A DNA stretch of 64,000 bases from Bdellovibrionota bacterium (GCA_041740355.1 JBGSMD010000063.1:128001-192000), one strand, 5' to 3'; counted from the first letter of the stretch, positions 9,157 to 19,258 are shown. Numbers and translations: made by a program. The notes: generated by a model from the letters alone, not told the origin.

Positions 9157-10869
9157 TTAATCTACAGTAGTAACCCTTAGAACTTCCTCTAAGGTGGTAC
9201 CACCTTGCATTAAATGCAAAAGTCCTGATCTTCTTAAACTAATCATTCCATTTCGCTCGGCCTCTCTTCCTAATTCCATCGCAGATGCACCGTTTAGAAT
9301 GAATTCTTTTAATGGCTCAGTAATCAACATCACTTCGTAAAAGGCAATTCGCCCCTTGTAACCTGTTTTGCCACAAGTTTCACATCCGGCGCCACGTCTC
9401 AAATTGCAAGTCTTAGCTTCTTCTTCGGAAAGTCCCGCGGCCATTAAAGTTTTAATATTACGATCGGGATCAGGCTCAGAACAGGCTGCACAAACTTTCC
9501 GACCAAGTCTTTGCGCTACAACCACACTCAATGAAGATGCCACAAGAAATGGCTCAACACCCATATTTAAAAGTCGACTGACTGTTGCGGGTGCCGAGTT
9601 TGTGTGGAGGGTTGATAAAACTAAGTGACCAGTGAGTGAAGCTTTAATACCAATTTCGGCAGTTTCATAATCACGAATCTCCCCCACCATGATAATATCT
9701 GGATCTTGTCGTAAGAATGCTCGCAAGGCGGAGGCAAAATTATATCCAATATCATCGTGCATCTGTGCTTGGTTAATTCCAGGTAAGTTAAATTCTACTG
9801 GATCTTCCGCTGTACTAATATTTGTACCAATTTGGTTTAATTCGGATAATGCTGAGTATAAAGTTGTTGTCTTACCAGAACCTGTTGGTCCCGTTACTAA
9901 AACCATTCCGTGAGGTTTGTTAATAGCACTTTTAAAATCTGCTAATTGTTCCGGAAAAAATCCTAACTTTGTCATATCTAACTGCAAGTTAGATTTATCA
10001 AGCAAACGCATTACAACCTTCTCACCAAATAATGTTGGTAGAACGTTAACCCGAAAATCCATTTCCCCTTTGCCTTCTGGCAATCTCAATTTAATACGAC
10101 CATCCTGTGGCAAGCGACGCTCAGAAATATCTAAACGGGCCATAATTTTTAACCTTGAGGTCATCGCATTTTTTAATTTGATTGGTGGCTTCATAATTTC
10201 TTGTAGCACACCGTCCACCCGAAATCTTACTCGGAAACTTTTCTCATAAGGCTCGATATGAATATCTGATGCGCCACGCTTCATGGCATCATGTAAGATA
10301 GCATTTACTAATTTAACAACTGGAGCATCTTCTGATGCTTTTTCCAATTCTGTTAAATTAATTTCGTCTTCTTCTACTACCTCAAGTTCCTGCATCTCTT
10401 GGTCGTTTAAATCTCCCATGATTTCCGAGAGATTTAAATTTTTGCTTTTATTGATATTTTCCTGCTTGGCTTTGATTGCTCTTTCGGAAGATAAGGTTAC
10501 CTGAACATCTAGTCCGGTAATAAACTTTACTTCGTTTAAAGCATTAACATTGGAAGGGTCGAACATAGCAACCGTAAGAAACTTTTCGTTCTTAACAATT
10601 GGTAACAGACCATGTTTGTTAGCTAAACTCTCCGGTATTAATTTCAGTAGTGTCTGGTCTAATTCCAGCTCTTCTAATTCTGTGACCGGCATTCCATATT
10701 GGGAAGCTAGGGCATCAACAAAATCATGCTCGGTCATGAACTGTTTCTCGACCAACAATGTTCCAATAAATTTTTCTTGAAAGCTTGGTTCCTCTAATAC
10801 AGATTGAAACTGTGCTTGTGTGATCACATTTGCTTTAACTAGTAATTCACCAATACGGGTTGAGGACAT
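9157..10869 (-). CDS. pilB: Type IV pilus assembly ATPase
   Basis: ASDIHIEP, PQDGR, GPTGSGKTT, RQDPDIIMVGEIRD, tetracysteine Zn motif, N-terminal MshEN-like region. Confidence 0.95.
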   Translation of the reverse strand: MSSTRIGELLVKANVITQAQFQSVLEEPSFQEKFIGTLLVEKQFMTEHDFVDALASQYGMPVTELEELELDQTLLKLIPESLANKHGLLPIVKNEKFLTVAMFDPSNVNALNEVKFITGLDVQVTLSSERAIKAKQENINKSKNLNLSEIMGDLNDQEMQELEVVEEDEINLTELEKASEDAPVVKLVNAILHDAMKRGASDIHIEPYEKSFRVRFRVDGVLQEIMKPPIKLKNAMTSRLKIMARLDISERRLPQDGRIKLRLPEGKGEMDFRVNVLPTLFGEKVVMRLLDKSNLQLDMTKLGFFPEQLADFKSAINKPHGMVLVTGPTGSGKTTTLYSALSELNQIGTNISTAEDPVEFNLPGINQAQMHDDIGYNFASALRAFLRQDPDIIMVGEIRDYETAEIGIKASLTGHLVLSTLHTNSAPATVSRLLNMGVEPFLVASSLSVVVAQRLGRKVCAACSEPDPDRNIKTLMAAGLSEEEAKTCNLRRGAGCETCGKTGYKGRIAFYEVMLITEPLKEFILNGASAMELGREAERNGMISLRRSGLLHLMQGGTTLEEVLRVTTVD

Positions 10870-10901
10870 TAATTTAACCTAAAGAACCTTATAATAAGCC
10901 A

Positions 10902-10956
10902 TAACAAATATCGTCAGCTAATTGAATAACTTGAGTCGCTTGGACAAATTTTGTCA
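10902..10956. promoter_or_regulatory. Second pair of GACAA-N3-TTGTCA-like sites upstream of pilB
   Basis: taacaaatatcgtcagcta (10902) and ggacaaattttgtcagcta (10942), same motif as upstream of pilA. Confidence 0.5.
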
Positions 10957-11228
10957 GCTATAGATATTTTGATGCAAATCTGAAGGAATTATCTTCAAAT
11001 TATGAGCCACGTATTGGCCCATAACATTAAGATCGATGGCAAACCATATTATTTACTAGTTTGCTAATTTAATTAAAAAACATGTGTCTTTGCGATAAGT
11101 TAAGAGAAATTCTTTCTTGAAAGGAAACTTTACAACAAGAATTAAAATGCTTAAAAACTAGGGCATTTTGGATAAAATCTTCGTTTCAGGTTATAGTTGT
11201 CAAAATTTGCCTATCTTGATTCCATAAA

Positions 11229-12140
11229 TTGGTTAAACAGAAAAACTTCAGTCCTGTTGTCTCTAAAAATCCCCCCAAGACAAATACTAATACCCAAGTT
11301 GTCCCCTATGATCCCTTAAGAGCATATTTACGTGAAATTCGGCAAATCCCTAAGCTTTCCGTAGATGAAGAAAAAGCCTTGGCAATTAATTTTCTGAAGG
11401 ATGGTGATTTACAAAAAGCTTACAAACTTGTTTCCTCTAATCTGTGGTTAGTTGTTAAAATTGCTCGTGAATATGAAAAAGTTGCCAAAAATATTCTAGA
11501 CTTAATTCAAGAAGGGAACATTGGCCTGATGGAGGCCGTAAAAAACTTTGATCCCAATCGTGGTGTCCGATTACCCTCTTATGCCTCTTGGTGGATTAAG
11601 GCCTATATTATTAAATACATTCTTGCCAACTGGCGAATGGTTAAAATTGGAACTACTCAGGCCCAAAAGAAATTATTCTTTAATCTCAGTAAAGAAAAAG
11701 CCAAATTAGAAAGAGAGGGATTCTCAGCAACGCCTAAATTATTAGCAGAAAAACTTAATGTTAAAGAATCCGAAGTTATTGAGATGCAACAGCGCCTTGG
11801 TAACTCGGAATTGTCCGTCGATGCGCCCTTAGCCGATGACGAACACAGCGATTTGCACTCCGTCCTTTCCACTCAAGCTCTGAATGCTGAGCAACTGTTG
11901 CTAAGAGATGAGTTGGATGCTCTAATTAAAAAAGCATTAACTGAATTTGCTGTTTCAATCAATCAGAACCAAAGAGTAATATTACAAGAACGATTGCTGC
12001 TGGATAACAAAAAAACTTTACAGGAATTAGCCGATCAATTAAATATAAGTGTCGAGCGAGTCCGACAGATTGAGAATCAAGTTAAGGACAAGCTAAAAAC
12101 ATTTCTTAAAGACAATTATCAAAATATCGACTTTGAATAA
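11229..12140 (+). CDS. rpoH: RNA polymerase sigma factor, sigma32 family
   Basis: DLIQEGNIGLMEAV, YASWWIKAYI, RpoH box AQKKLFFNL, region 4 TLQELA..ISVERVRQIE; TTG start uncertain. Confidence 0.85.
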   Translation: MVKQKNFSPVVSKNPPKTNTNTQVVPYDPLRAYLREIRQIPKLSVDEEKALAINFLKDGDLQKAYKLVSSNLWLVVKIAREYEKVAKNILDLIQEGNIGLMEAVKNFDPNRGVRLPSYASWWIKAYIIKYILANWRMVKIGTTQAQKKLFFNLSKEKAKLEREGFSATPKLLAEKLNVKESEVIEMQQRLGNSELSVDAPLADDEHSDLHSVLSTQALNAEQLLLRDELDALIKKALTEFAVSINQNQRVILQERLLLDNKKTLQELADQLNISVERVRQIENQVKDKLKTFLKDNYQNIDFE

Positions 12141-13491
12141 AATCCTAATTCTTCTTTTCTTATTACTACTGACAGCCGCGGGTGGTGTAGGATATATCGG
12201 TGGCGCAAGTTACCTGCTCGATCGTGATGGTCCCGAGATTGAAATCATTGATTCACCAAAAGCCTTAAGCAAAGAACCCTTTCCACTGAAAATAAAATTA
12301 ACAGACGAATCTTCGGGCTTATCTGGATATTCACTACGCGTAATCTATCGTAATAAATTAAATGATATTTTAAAGAAAAGTTTTAATGGTGAGAAATCAC
12401 TTGAAGAGACTGTTTTAGTTGACTTAACAAAATTCAACTTCCCTCAAGGAGCAATTGAATTTGAACTAAGAGTTTTTGATCGAAGTTTTTTTAGTAACTT
12501 TTCGATCAAAAAATTTTCAGCGACAATAGATTATGATGCCCCTCAAATTAAAGCTGTGTCTGCTCAACACAACACTATGTCAGGTGGAGTTGAGCCAGTA
12601 TTCTATCAAGTGACTGATAAATTTTTAGCTTCTTCCGGTGTGGAACAAGGTGGTAAATTTTACCAAGGTTACCCAGCAAGACTAGTTGATATAAACTTTC
12701 GCGATCCAAATTTATTTATTGTCTTCTTTTCAATTAACCCAGAGGACCAATCGGCGCCACGCCTAGTAGCGATGGATCAAAGTGGTAATAAATCAACAGC
12801 AGGTTTTACCTTCAACTTGATGCCTCGTAAATTTGGTCTTCAAAAAATTAAAGTAGATCAAGCATTTTTGGATATAATTTTAAAAGCTACGAACTCCCAA
12901 TCATTTACTGAGGCAGCAAAAAACTATTCCGATCTTGCAGCTCGGGAGCAGACACAAATTAATCAAGCTTTGAATAAAGCTACTTCTGGAAAAATGCTTT
13001 GGTCTGGTAGTTTTTTACAGGCGGAAGGAGTTGTGAACTTTGCTTTTCATGACAATTTAAAATTATCATTTGAAAGCCAAGACTTTATGGATTTTAAATA
13101 TCCGGGGTTCTTCTTAAATACGAAAACAGATCATCCCGTACTTTCCCTACAAAGAGGTGAAGTAATTTTTGTGGGAGACATGGCGCTACGCGGTAAGGTT
13201 GTGATTCTTAATCATGGCCTAGGCGTCAGTACACTCTATTCTCACCTCCAGGAAGCACTAGTAGAAGTAGGGCAAACAGTAGAGAAAGGATTAGAAATTG
13301 GCTTATCAGGTCAAACTGGACTAGCTCGCAAGCTTGGCTATGGTATTGAAATATTAATTTCTGGAAATCAAATCAATCCCTTAAACTGGTGGGATCAGAA
13401 ATGGTATGATGGTCATATTGAAGAGAAAATCTTAGAGATTAAACGCCTATATAACATTCCAGTTCTCGAAAAATACACAGATAAGAGATAA
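12133..13491 (+). CDS. M23/LytM-domain envelope protein, probably catalytically degenerate
   Basis: N-terminal anchor; C-terminal G.VVILNHGLGVSTLYSHL..V.VGQ.V..G..IG.SGQTG and INPLNWWD; Zn-ligand motifs not visible. Confidence 0.75.
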   Translation: MNKILILLFLLLLTAAGGVGYIGGASYLLDRDGPEIEIIDSPKALSKEPFPLKIKLTDESSGLSGYSLRVIYRNKLNDILKKSFNGEKSLEETVLVDLTKFNFPQGAIEFELRVFDRSFFSNFSIKKFSATIDYDAPQIKAVSAQHNTMSGGVEPVFYQVTDKFLASSGVEQGGKFYQGYPARLVDINFRDPNLFIVFFSINPEDQSAPRLVAMDQSGNKSTAGFTFNLMPRKFGLQKIKVDQAFLDIILKATNSQSFTEAAKNYSDLAAREQTQINQALNKATSGKMLWSGSFLQAEGVVNFAFHDNLKLSFESQDFMDFKYPGFFLNTKTDHPVLSLQRGEVIFVGDMALRGKVVILNHGLGVSTLYSHLQEALVEVGQTVEKGLEIGLSGQTGLARKLGYGIEILISGNQINPLNWWDQKWYDGHIEEKILEIKRLYNIPVLEKYTDKR

Positions 13492-13649
13492 GAGCTGGCG
13501 CCCCAAGGATCGCGTGAAGCACTTCGTGTTTTCTATCCCCCAGCGTGATAGTAAAATCAGATGTAGAGAACCCTTAAAACAACAAATATAGTAGGCCCAA
13601 CAAGAATTCCGAAAAAGCTTTTCGGAGATTCATTCTTGGGTTGACTGTA

Positions 13650-13762
13650 GAAAGTCCAAAAAGTAATTTACGTAAGGAAACTACTTTTTGGGGCTTTCTA
13701 TCCCCCGCAAGCGTAGAAAAATCATATAGTTATTACAAATAGCAAATGGATCTATTTATTTT
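13650..13762. repeat. Structured intergenic repeat B, copy 2 (partial third copy at 13529-13559)
   Basis: gaaagtccaaaaagtaattt...ctactttttggggctttctatccc...aaaatcatatagttattacaaa aligns with 5527-5640. Confidence 0.75.
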
Positions 13763-13876
13763 TGGTCATCACTAACTACTAAACGACAGGGTGTTTATTA
13801 ATTGATTGTAAAGAATTATTGCAGAACTCTTCTGATCAAAAGTTCTGTCTGTTCAGCATACTTTATTGATTTAGAA

Positions 13877-14500
13877 TTATCGACGACGACGCTTACTCTG
13901 CTCGCCCTCTTCGCCTACAACTGGTCGCTCGCTTTCATCTAAATATCTAAAAGTAGTAGCTTGGCAATTAAATTGTAAGACAATTTCTTCTCCCGCTTCT
14001 TTTAAAACATTCAGACTTATCTTATCAATATTCACAATTCTTGGTAGATGAGCCACCTCATCAAAGAATGTTAATAGTTGGTGAAACGTTCCCTCTAACT
14101 TTATTTCTACCGGGAGATTCGCTAAATAATCCACTTTCTCTTCAGGAAGTGGTGTAAACTCTAGCACCTCTAAACCAGTGTCAATTGCTAATACGGAAAT
14201 CGATCTTAAAAACCCCTCAATCTCTTTACGATCAGGAAGTTCCCGCAACACATTTGCTAGTAATTCATCTTGCTCCTTAGCCTCTGCTTGATATTTCTCA
14301 AGATTACGTGAAATCTTTCTCTCTTGAAGAATCTTAGTTTCTAAACCATCGACTTCTTGTTCTAACTCAGAACTTTTAATTCTTAAATCTGTGTATAAAA
14401 ACTGCCAGAAGCCAGCAAACACTAAGATAACCAAAATTATTGCTATTCCAATTCTATGTAATATTGGCAAATTAGCTAACTTATCAAGATATTTTTTCAT
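13877..14500 (-). CDS. pilO: Type IV pilus alignment protein PilO
   Basis: TM plus coiled coil, ELPDRKEIEGFL, GLEVLEF.P, G.FHQL..FFDEVA.LPRIVNI, ATTFRY. Confidence 0.9.
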   Translation of the reverse strand: MKKYLDKLANLPILHRIGIAIILVILVFAGFWQFLYTDLRIKSSELEQEVDGLETKILQERKISRNLEKYQAEAKEQDELLANVLRELPDRKEIEGFLRSISVLAIDTGLEVLEFTPLPEEKVDYLANLPVEIKLEGTFHQLLTFFDEVAHLPRIVNIDKISLNVLKEAGEEIVLQFNCQATTFRYLDESERPVVGEEGEQSKRRRR

Positions 14501-14541
14501 CGTTAAATTTTATATAACTATATTCTAAAAACTAAAGACTC

Positions 14542-15276
14542 CTACAAATCTTCTAACTCCGCCAATTCTGGAAACTGAACTTCTTCTTCCTCAGCAACTT
14601 CATCTTTTCTTGCGGCCTTCATGCCCGCATAGCTAAATTCGGCCATAATAATAAATTCCTTAACTCGGACGTTATTTTCAGATATTGCTCCGCTACGAAC
14701 GACATCCTTGTTCCGACTAGAAAATTTACCAGCGCTATCTTTCGCGGCTTCATCTGGAGAAGAACTAAACGTTCCCAACTTCTTAGAAAAATAAACTTGC
14801 TTAGATTCCTTTAAGTCAACATTAGTAAAGTAATTCGACTCTTGGATTTGCTTAATAAAAAGTGCGATGTTTTGGTTGTCCAAGGCACGCCCTTTAAGCT
14901 CTAAGCTTGTCCCTTCTCCTTCTTTTACAGACTGTAACCAAACTGTTTCTGGTAAGGAAATATTTAAATCATTTAAAACCTTAACTGGACCCATCCGATT
15001 TTTACGTAACTTCGCCAAAACTAATAATTTCGCACGAATTTCAGCTTTCTTCACTTCTAAATCTTTAACAACTTTGGTTCTCTTCTCCAAGGTCGCTAAT
15101 TGCTCTTTTAAACTAGCCATCTTCAAATTGTACTGGGTAATTTCAAGTTGTGTTTGATTATACAATCGATAACAAATCACTAATGTGAAAAGCAGCATTG
15201 TAGCAAAGCCAAATATCAAGAAACGATTGGTATGGTCAATTTTTGTGGTATCACCTAATAGGTTAATCTTAATCAT
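14542..15276 (-). CDS. pilN: Type IV pilus alignment protein PilN
   Basis: MIKINLL N-terminus, TM, coiled coil, LPETVWL, G.ALDNQNIA.F. Confidence 0.9.
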   Translation of the reverse strand: MIKINLLGDTTKIDHTNRFLIFGFATMLLFTLVICYRLYNQTQLEITQYNLKMASLKEQLATLEKRTKVVKDLEVKKAEIRAKLLVLAKLRKNRMGPVKVLNDLNISLPETVWLQSVKEGEGTSLELKGRALDNQNIALFIKQIQESNYFTNVDLKESKQVYFSKKLGTFSSSPDEAAKDSAGKFSSRNKDVVRSGAISENNVRVKEFIIMAEFSYAGMKAARKDEVAEEEEVQFPELAELEDL

Positions 15277-15284
15277 GACAGCTT

Positions 15285-16370
15285 TTATTTTTTAGGTTTA
15301 ATTCGATCGCCGGCTTGTCTGATTCCCAGACCAACCGCAACAGTAAATAGTGGTGCTAATTCAGCCAAGGAGGATTCATCAATATCCAGATTTATCTCCA
15401 TGACACGAAAGGGATCAAACAAATAAACATCAGTTCCCGAAACACTCTCTAATGCCTGTTTAAATCCACTTATTAAACTACCACCGCCAGTTAAAAATAT
15501 TTGATTGATCTTGCTTTCTGCACCCGAAGATCCCCAGAATAAATTTAATTGTCGAGAGAAGTCTTTAGCTAAAGTGGAAACTTTCGCTGAAAGAAATTCA
15601 ACTATTTGCTTCTGTAAAGCTGGATCCTCAATGCTACGATAGTCAAATTTATATTTTTCAGCATCAAACTTTTCTAGTTCAAAACGATTAACGAGTTCAT
15701 CTGTTATCTCTTGTCCACCAATTGAAACATCTCCCGCATATAAGATCTCATCATTTTGACGCAGGATAATATTAGAGAAACGACTACCCACATCGATAAT
15801 TGCAATTAATTCTTGTTTAAGTTCTGGATAGTTTAGTTCAAAAGCATTGTTAATAGCATAGTAATCAATATCAATAACTGCCGTATCAACACCGGCTCCC
15901 TCTAAAGACATTAAATAACTATCAACTACTTCATTCTTAACTGCGACAACTAGCACGTCATAAGAATTTTCTTGAGAAGTATCAAGGATATGATAATCAA
16001 TCATTACATCTTTAATACTACCAGGCAAAATACTAGCGGCCTCTAACATAATCTGCTCTCTTAAAGCTGTAGCTTTAGTTTTAGGAATTCTGATTTTTTT
16101 CATTAGGGCTGCTGGACCTGGAACACAAATATTTGCCCGTAATTTTTTTAATTCATTATCTTTATATAAGGAGCGAATTGCCTCGGAAACAATTTCTTTT
16201 TGAACGATAATGTTATTACTAAAGACGTTATCATTAAAATTTACGATGGAAAGTTTCGTTAAATGGGGCTTAGAGCCACTCACGTCAATTTCTAACATCT
16301 TAATATTCCCGGAACCAATATCCAATGCGACTAATTGTTCTTTGGGGACTAATAAATCTTTAATACTCAT
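15285..16370 (-). CDS. pilM: Type IV pilus actin-like protein PilM
   Basis: VALDIGS, IIDVGS, IFLTGGGS, VAVGLGIR. Confidence 0.92.
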   Translation of the reverse strand: MSIKDLLVPKEQLVALDIGSGNIKMLEIDVSGSKPHLTKLSIVNFNDNVFSNNIIVQKEIVSEAIRSLYKDNELKKLRANICVPGPAALMKKIRIPKTKATALREQIMLEAASILPGSIKDVMIDYHILDTSQENSYDVLVVAVKNEVVDSYLMSLEGAGVDTAVIDIDYYAINNAFELNYPELKQELIAIIDVGSRFSNIILRQNDEILYAGDVSIGGQEITDELVNRFELEKFDAEKYKFDYRSIEDPALQKQIVEFLSAKVSTLAKDFSRQLNLFWGSSGAESKINQIFLTGGGSLISGFKQALESVSGTDVYLFDPFRVMEINLDIDESSLAELAPLFTVAVGLGIRQAGDRIKPKK

Positions 16371-17023
16371 GAAATTAATATTTTAATAATTTAAAACTAA
16401 TAGATTTTAAGTTTTATAGTAATGATAAAAAATAATTTACCTAAGTAAATTAAATGCAGTCATTATGGCTAATCTAATCTTGAATTTCTCCCTTCGCCAA
16501 TGGAGAACAAATATCCAAGTTTACTTCGCTATAACAACATCAATCGTGAGTCCGAGCAAAAGCCTTAGTTTTTAAAGTGATTTTGTGGACTCAATCTAAT
16601 ATCGCCAGTTATTTTTAAATCTTTAATAATTGGCAAGCAGTGCTTTAATCTCAATTAAACTACCGACTAATAGTTAGACCTTAATGACTAGCTAATCAGT
16701 AAATTCAATATGTTATCAATCAAAAGCTAATTTTTACAGACAAATTTAGCGATGGATTTACGGCACTACACTTTCAGTATGATTCTAATCTGTTATAATT
16801 AGTTGCAACAGTTAATAAATTCATATTTCAGAAAATAAGACACTTGGAGATTTGGCTCTTAAAGCTTATTGATGGAACTGCTTTTACTAGAAATATTTTT
16901 TCTAGATTGACTTCTGTGGTATCAATCGTTAGCTAGATTGTTTTAACAATAATCACTTAATAATAAATTTAAAGAATTCTAATCCCAGAGCGACAAGCAT
17001 TTCCTGTAAAACATAGTTTTAAT

Positions 17024-19246
17024 ATGCAAATAGTTAAGATCGCCATTTATCCCTTCGAAGCACCATTTTCCTATCAGGTATCAGCAGAACTTGCCGAGAC
17101 GCTCAGTGTCGGTTCTAGGTTAAATGTAAACTTTCGAGGAAAATTGAAAGAAGGAATTATCCTAGAAACGAACTGTGCTTTGGATCCGACTGCTAATTAT
17201 AAATTAAAAATCATTCCGGACGAAACCCCAAGTCACCAATGCTTAAATCCGGAACAGTTTAAATTCCTTTCTTGGATGACAAACTACTACCAAGAAAGTC
17301 TAACTCGAATCCTACCCCAAATCATTCCTAGTTATTCAGCAGCAACAATTAAATCATTTGTAGAAATCATTGATCGCAAAACTACTATCAAAGGAAAGAC
17401 TCAAATTAAAATCGTAGACTTTCTTAAAGCGCAAACAGCAGCAATAAAGAAAGAAGACTTAATAAAGTTATTTCCAACTGCACGTCCAGCATTAAAAAAA
17501 TTACTTGAGAATAAAATTATTAAGATCAGCCACGAAAAACAAAAGGTAATTTTTGATGGTGGCAAATATGCTAAAGAATATCCCAGTAAAGTAATTGAAT
17601 TAAATGCCGATCAAACTAAGGCATTTGAGGCTATTAATGCCTCTCTGACTGCTAGCACTTTCCAGGCTTTTCTCTTATTTGGGGTGACCGGGAGTGGGAA
17701 AACAGAAGTCTATTTAGATCTCTGTGAAGAAGCTTTAGCTCAAAATAAAGGGGTGATGTTACTAGTTCCTGAGATAGCATTGACTCCCCAACTAATTGAT
17801 CGTTTTGCGAGCAGATTAAAAACTAACTTTGCAGTCTTACATAGCGATCTGGGATCTAAGAATCGTTGGCATGCCTGGCAAAGTTTATTGGAGGGGGAAA
17901 TTCAAGTCGTCATTGGAGTGCGCTCGGCAGTTTTTGCTCCTGTTCCAAATTTAGGTTTAGTAATTGTTGACGAAGAGCATGATGGCTCTTACAAGCAGTC
18001 AGATAACTTTCGTTATCACGGGCGTGATCTGGCAGTAAAGCGTGCCCAACTTTGCAACTGCCCAGTAGTTTTAGGATCCGCTACTCCGACTCTGGAATCT
18101 ATTTACAATTTTAAACTTGATAAATATCAGGTTCTTAAACTTCGTAAAAAGCATAGCTCGGCTAGAGAAAATCAAATTAAGATTATTGATCTTAGTAAAT
18201 TAAAAAAGAAAGATTTTGCTTCAGCAAATATTTCCAAACAGTTAGCGGAAGAAATTGCCTATAACTTAAAAAATAATCAGCAAAGTTTTATTCTTTATAA
18301 TCGCCGTGGCTTTGCCTCCTATCTCGAATGTGAATCTTGCAACGAATCACTGAAATGTCCCCACTGTGATTTAACCTTAACTTACTATCAACATAAGACA
18401 CTCTTACTTTGTCATGCCTGTGGCTACCAAAGTCCGATTCCTGACCGCTGCCTGGCATGTAAGAAAACGAAATCAATCCTAGAGCACCCGCTATCTGGCT
18501 GGAGACTTCGAGGGTCGGGAACTGAAAAAATTGATCAAGAACTTTCCGATCTTTTCCCTAATGCACAAATTGCTCGGCTTGATCGCGATTTAGTTAAATC
18601 TTCCAGTGAATACCGAACAATTCTGACAAAAGCCCGCGAGAATAAGATTGATATCCTTATTGGAACTCAAATGATTGCCAAAGGACACGATCTACCAAAT
18701 GTTACATTAGTCGGAGTGATAGATTGTGATGTTGGTTTAAACTTCCCCGACTTTCGAGCCAGTGAGCGAGTCTTTCAATTACTGACTCAGGTAGCAGGTC
18801 GTGCGGGACGAGGAGACCTCCCCGGAAAAGTTTTTTTTCAAACGCGACAACCCTCTCATCCTAGCATTCTCTATGCCAAGAATGATGATTACTTAGGATT
18901 TGTAAATAATGAACTCCAAATCAGAAAAACTTTGAGCTATCCACCTTTCTGTAAGATTTTACGAATTGTAATTAGCTCTGAAGATGAGGCTTCCATCCCA
19001 AAATATCTACAACAACTTCAACCCCGACTGATAAAGTTAATCGAGTCTCACAAAATGCAACTTAGCCTTCTGGGACCAGTAACCGCACCAATCGCCAAGG
19101 TTAGGAAACATTATCGCTGGCATTACCTTTGTAAATCCTCCAATATTTCCCAACTCCAATTAATTATGAGGTTTTTTCAAAATGAAAAAACTACTAACAA
19201 AAAGATTCGGATTAGTTTAGATTTAGATCCACAAGATTTGCTATAA
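17024..19246 (+). CDS. priA: Primosomal protein N' helicase
   Basis: GVTGSGKTEVY, LVPEIALTPQ, DEEH, NRRG, Cys-rich Zn region, GTQMIAKGHD, QVAGRAGR. Confidence 0.96.
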   Translation: MQIVKIAIYPFEAPFSYQVSAELAETLSVGSRLNVNFRGKLKEGIILETNCALDPTANYKLKIIPDETPSHQCLNPEQFKFLSWMTNYYQESLTRILPQIIPSYSAATIKSFVEIIDRKTTIKGKTQIKIVDFLKAQTAAIKKEDLIKLFPTARPALKKLLENKIIKISHEKQKVIFDGGKYAKEYPSKVIELNADQTKAFEAINASLTASTFQAFLLFGVTGSGKTEVYLDLCEEALAQNKGVMLLVPEIALTPQLIDRFASRLKTNFAVLHSDLGSKNRWHAWQSLLEGEIQVVIGVRSAVFAPVPNLGLVIVDEEHDGSYKQSDNFRYHGRDLAVKRAQLCNCPVVLGSATPTLESIYNFKLDKYQVLKLRKKHSSARENQIKIIDLSKLKKKDFASANISKQLAEEIAYNLKNNQQSFILYNRRGFASYLECESCNESLKCPHCDLTLTYYQHKTLLLCHACGYQSPIPDRCLACKKTKSILEHPLSGWRLRGSGTEKIDQELSDLFPNAQIARLDRDLVKSSSEYRTILTKARENKIDILIGTQMIAKGHDLPNVTLVGVIDCDVGLNFPDFRASERVFQLLTQVAGRAGRGDLPGKVFFQTRQPSHPSILYAKNDDYLGFVNNELQIRKTLSYPPFCKILRIVISSEDEASIPKYLQQLQPRLIKLIESHKMQLSLLGPVTAPIAKVRKHYRWHYLCKSSNISQLQLIMRFFQNEKTTNKKIRISLDLDPQDLL

Positions 19247-19258
19247 TAATCAAAGCTC

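Noticed and set aside
8605-10780. Several + strand ORFs antisense to pilC/pilB, and similar ones inside other long genes (e.g. 3036, 14867, 25097, 49458, 53214, 60843)
   Set aside because: Shadow ORFs lying entirely opposite well-supported genes, with no motifs
16440-16620. Small HTH gene often found upstream of pilM in deltaproteobacteria
   Set aside because: The frames checked are interrupted by stops; no HTH-length ORF
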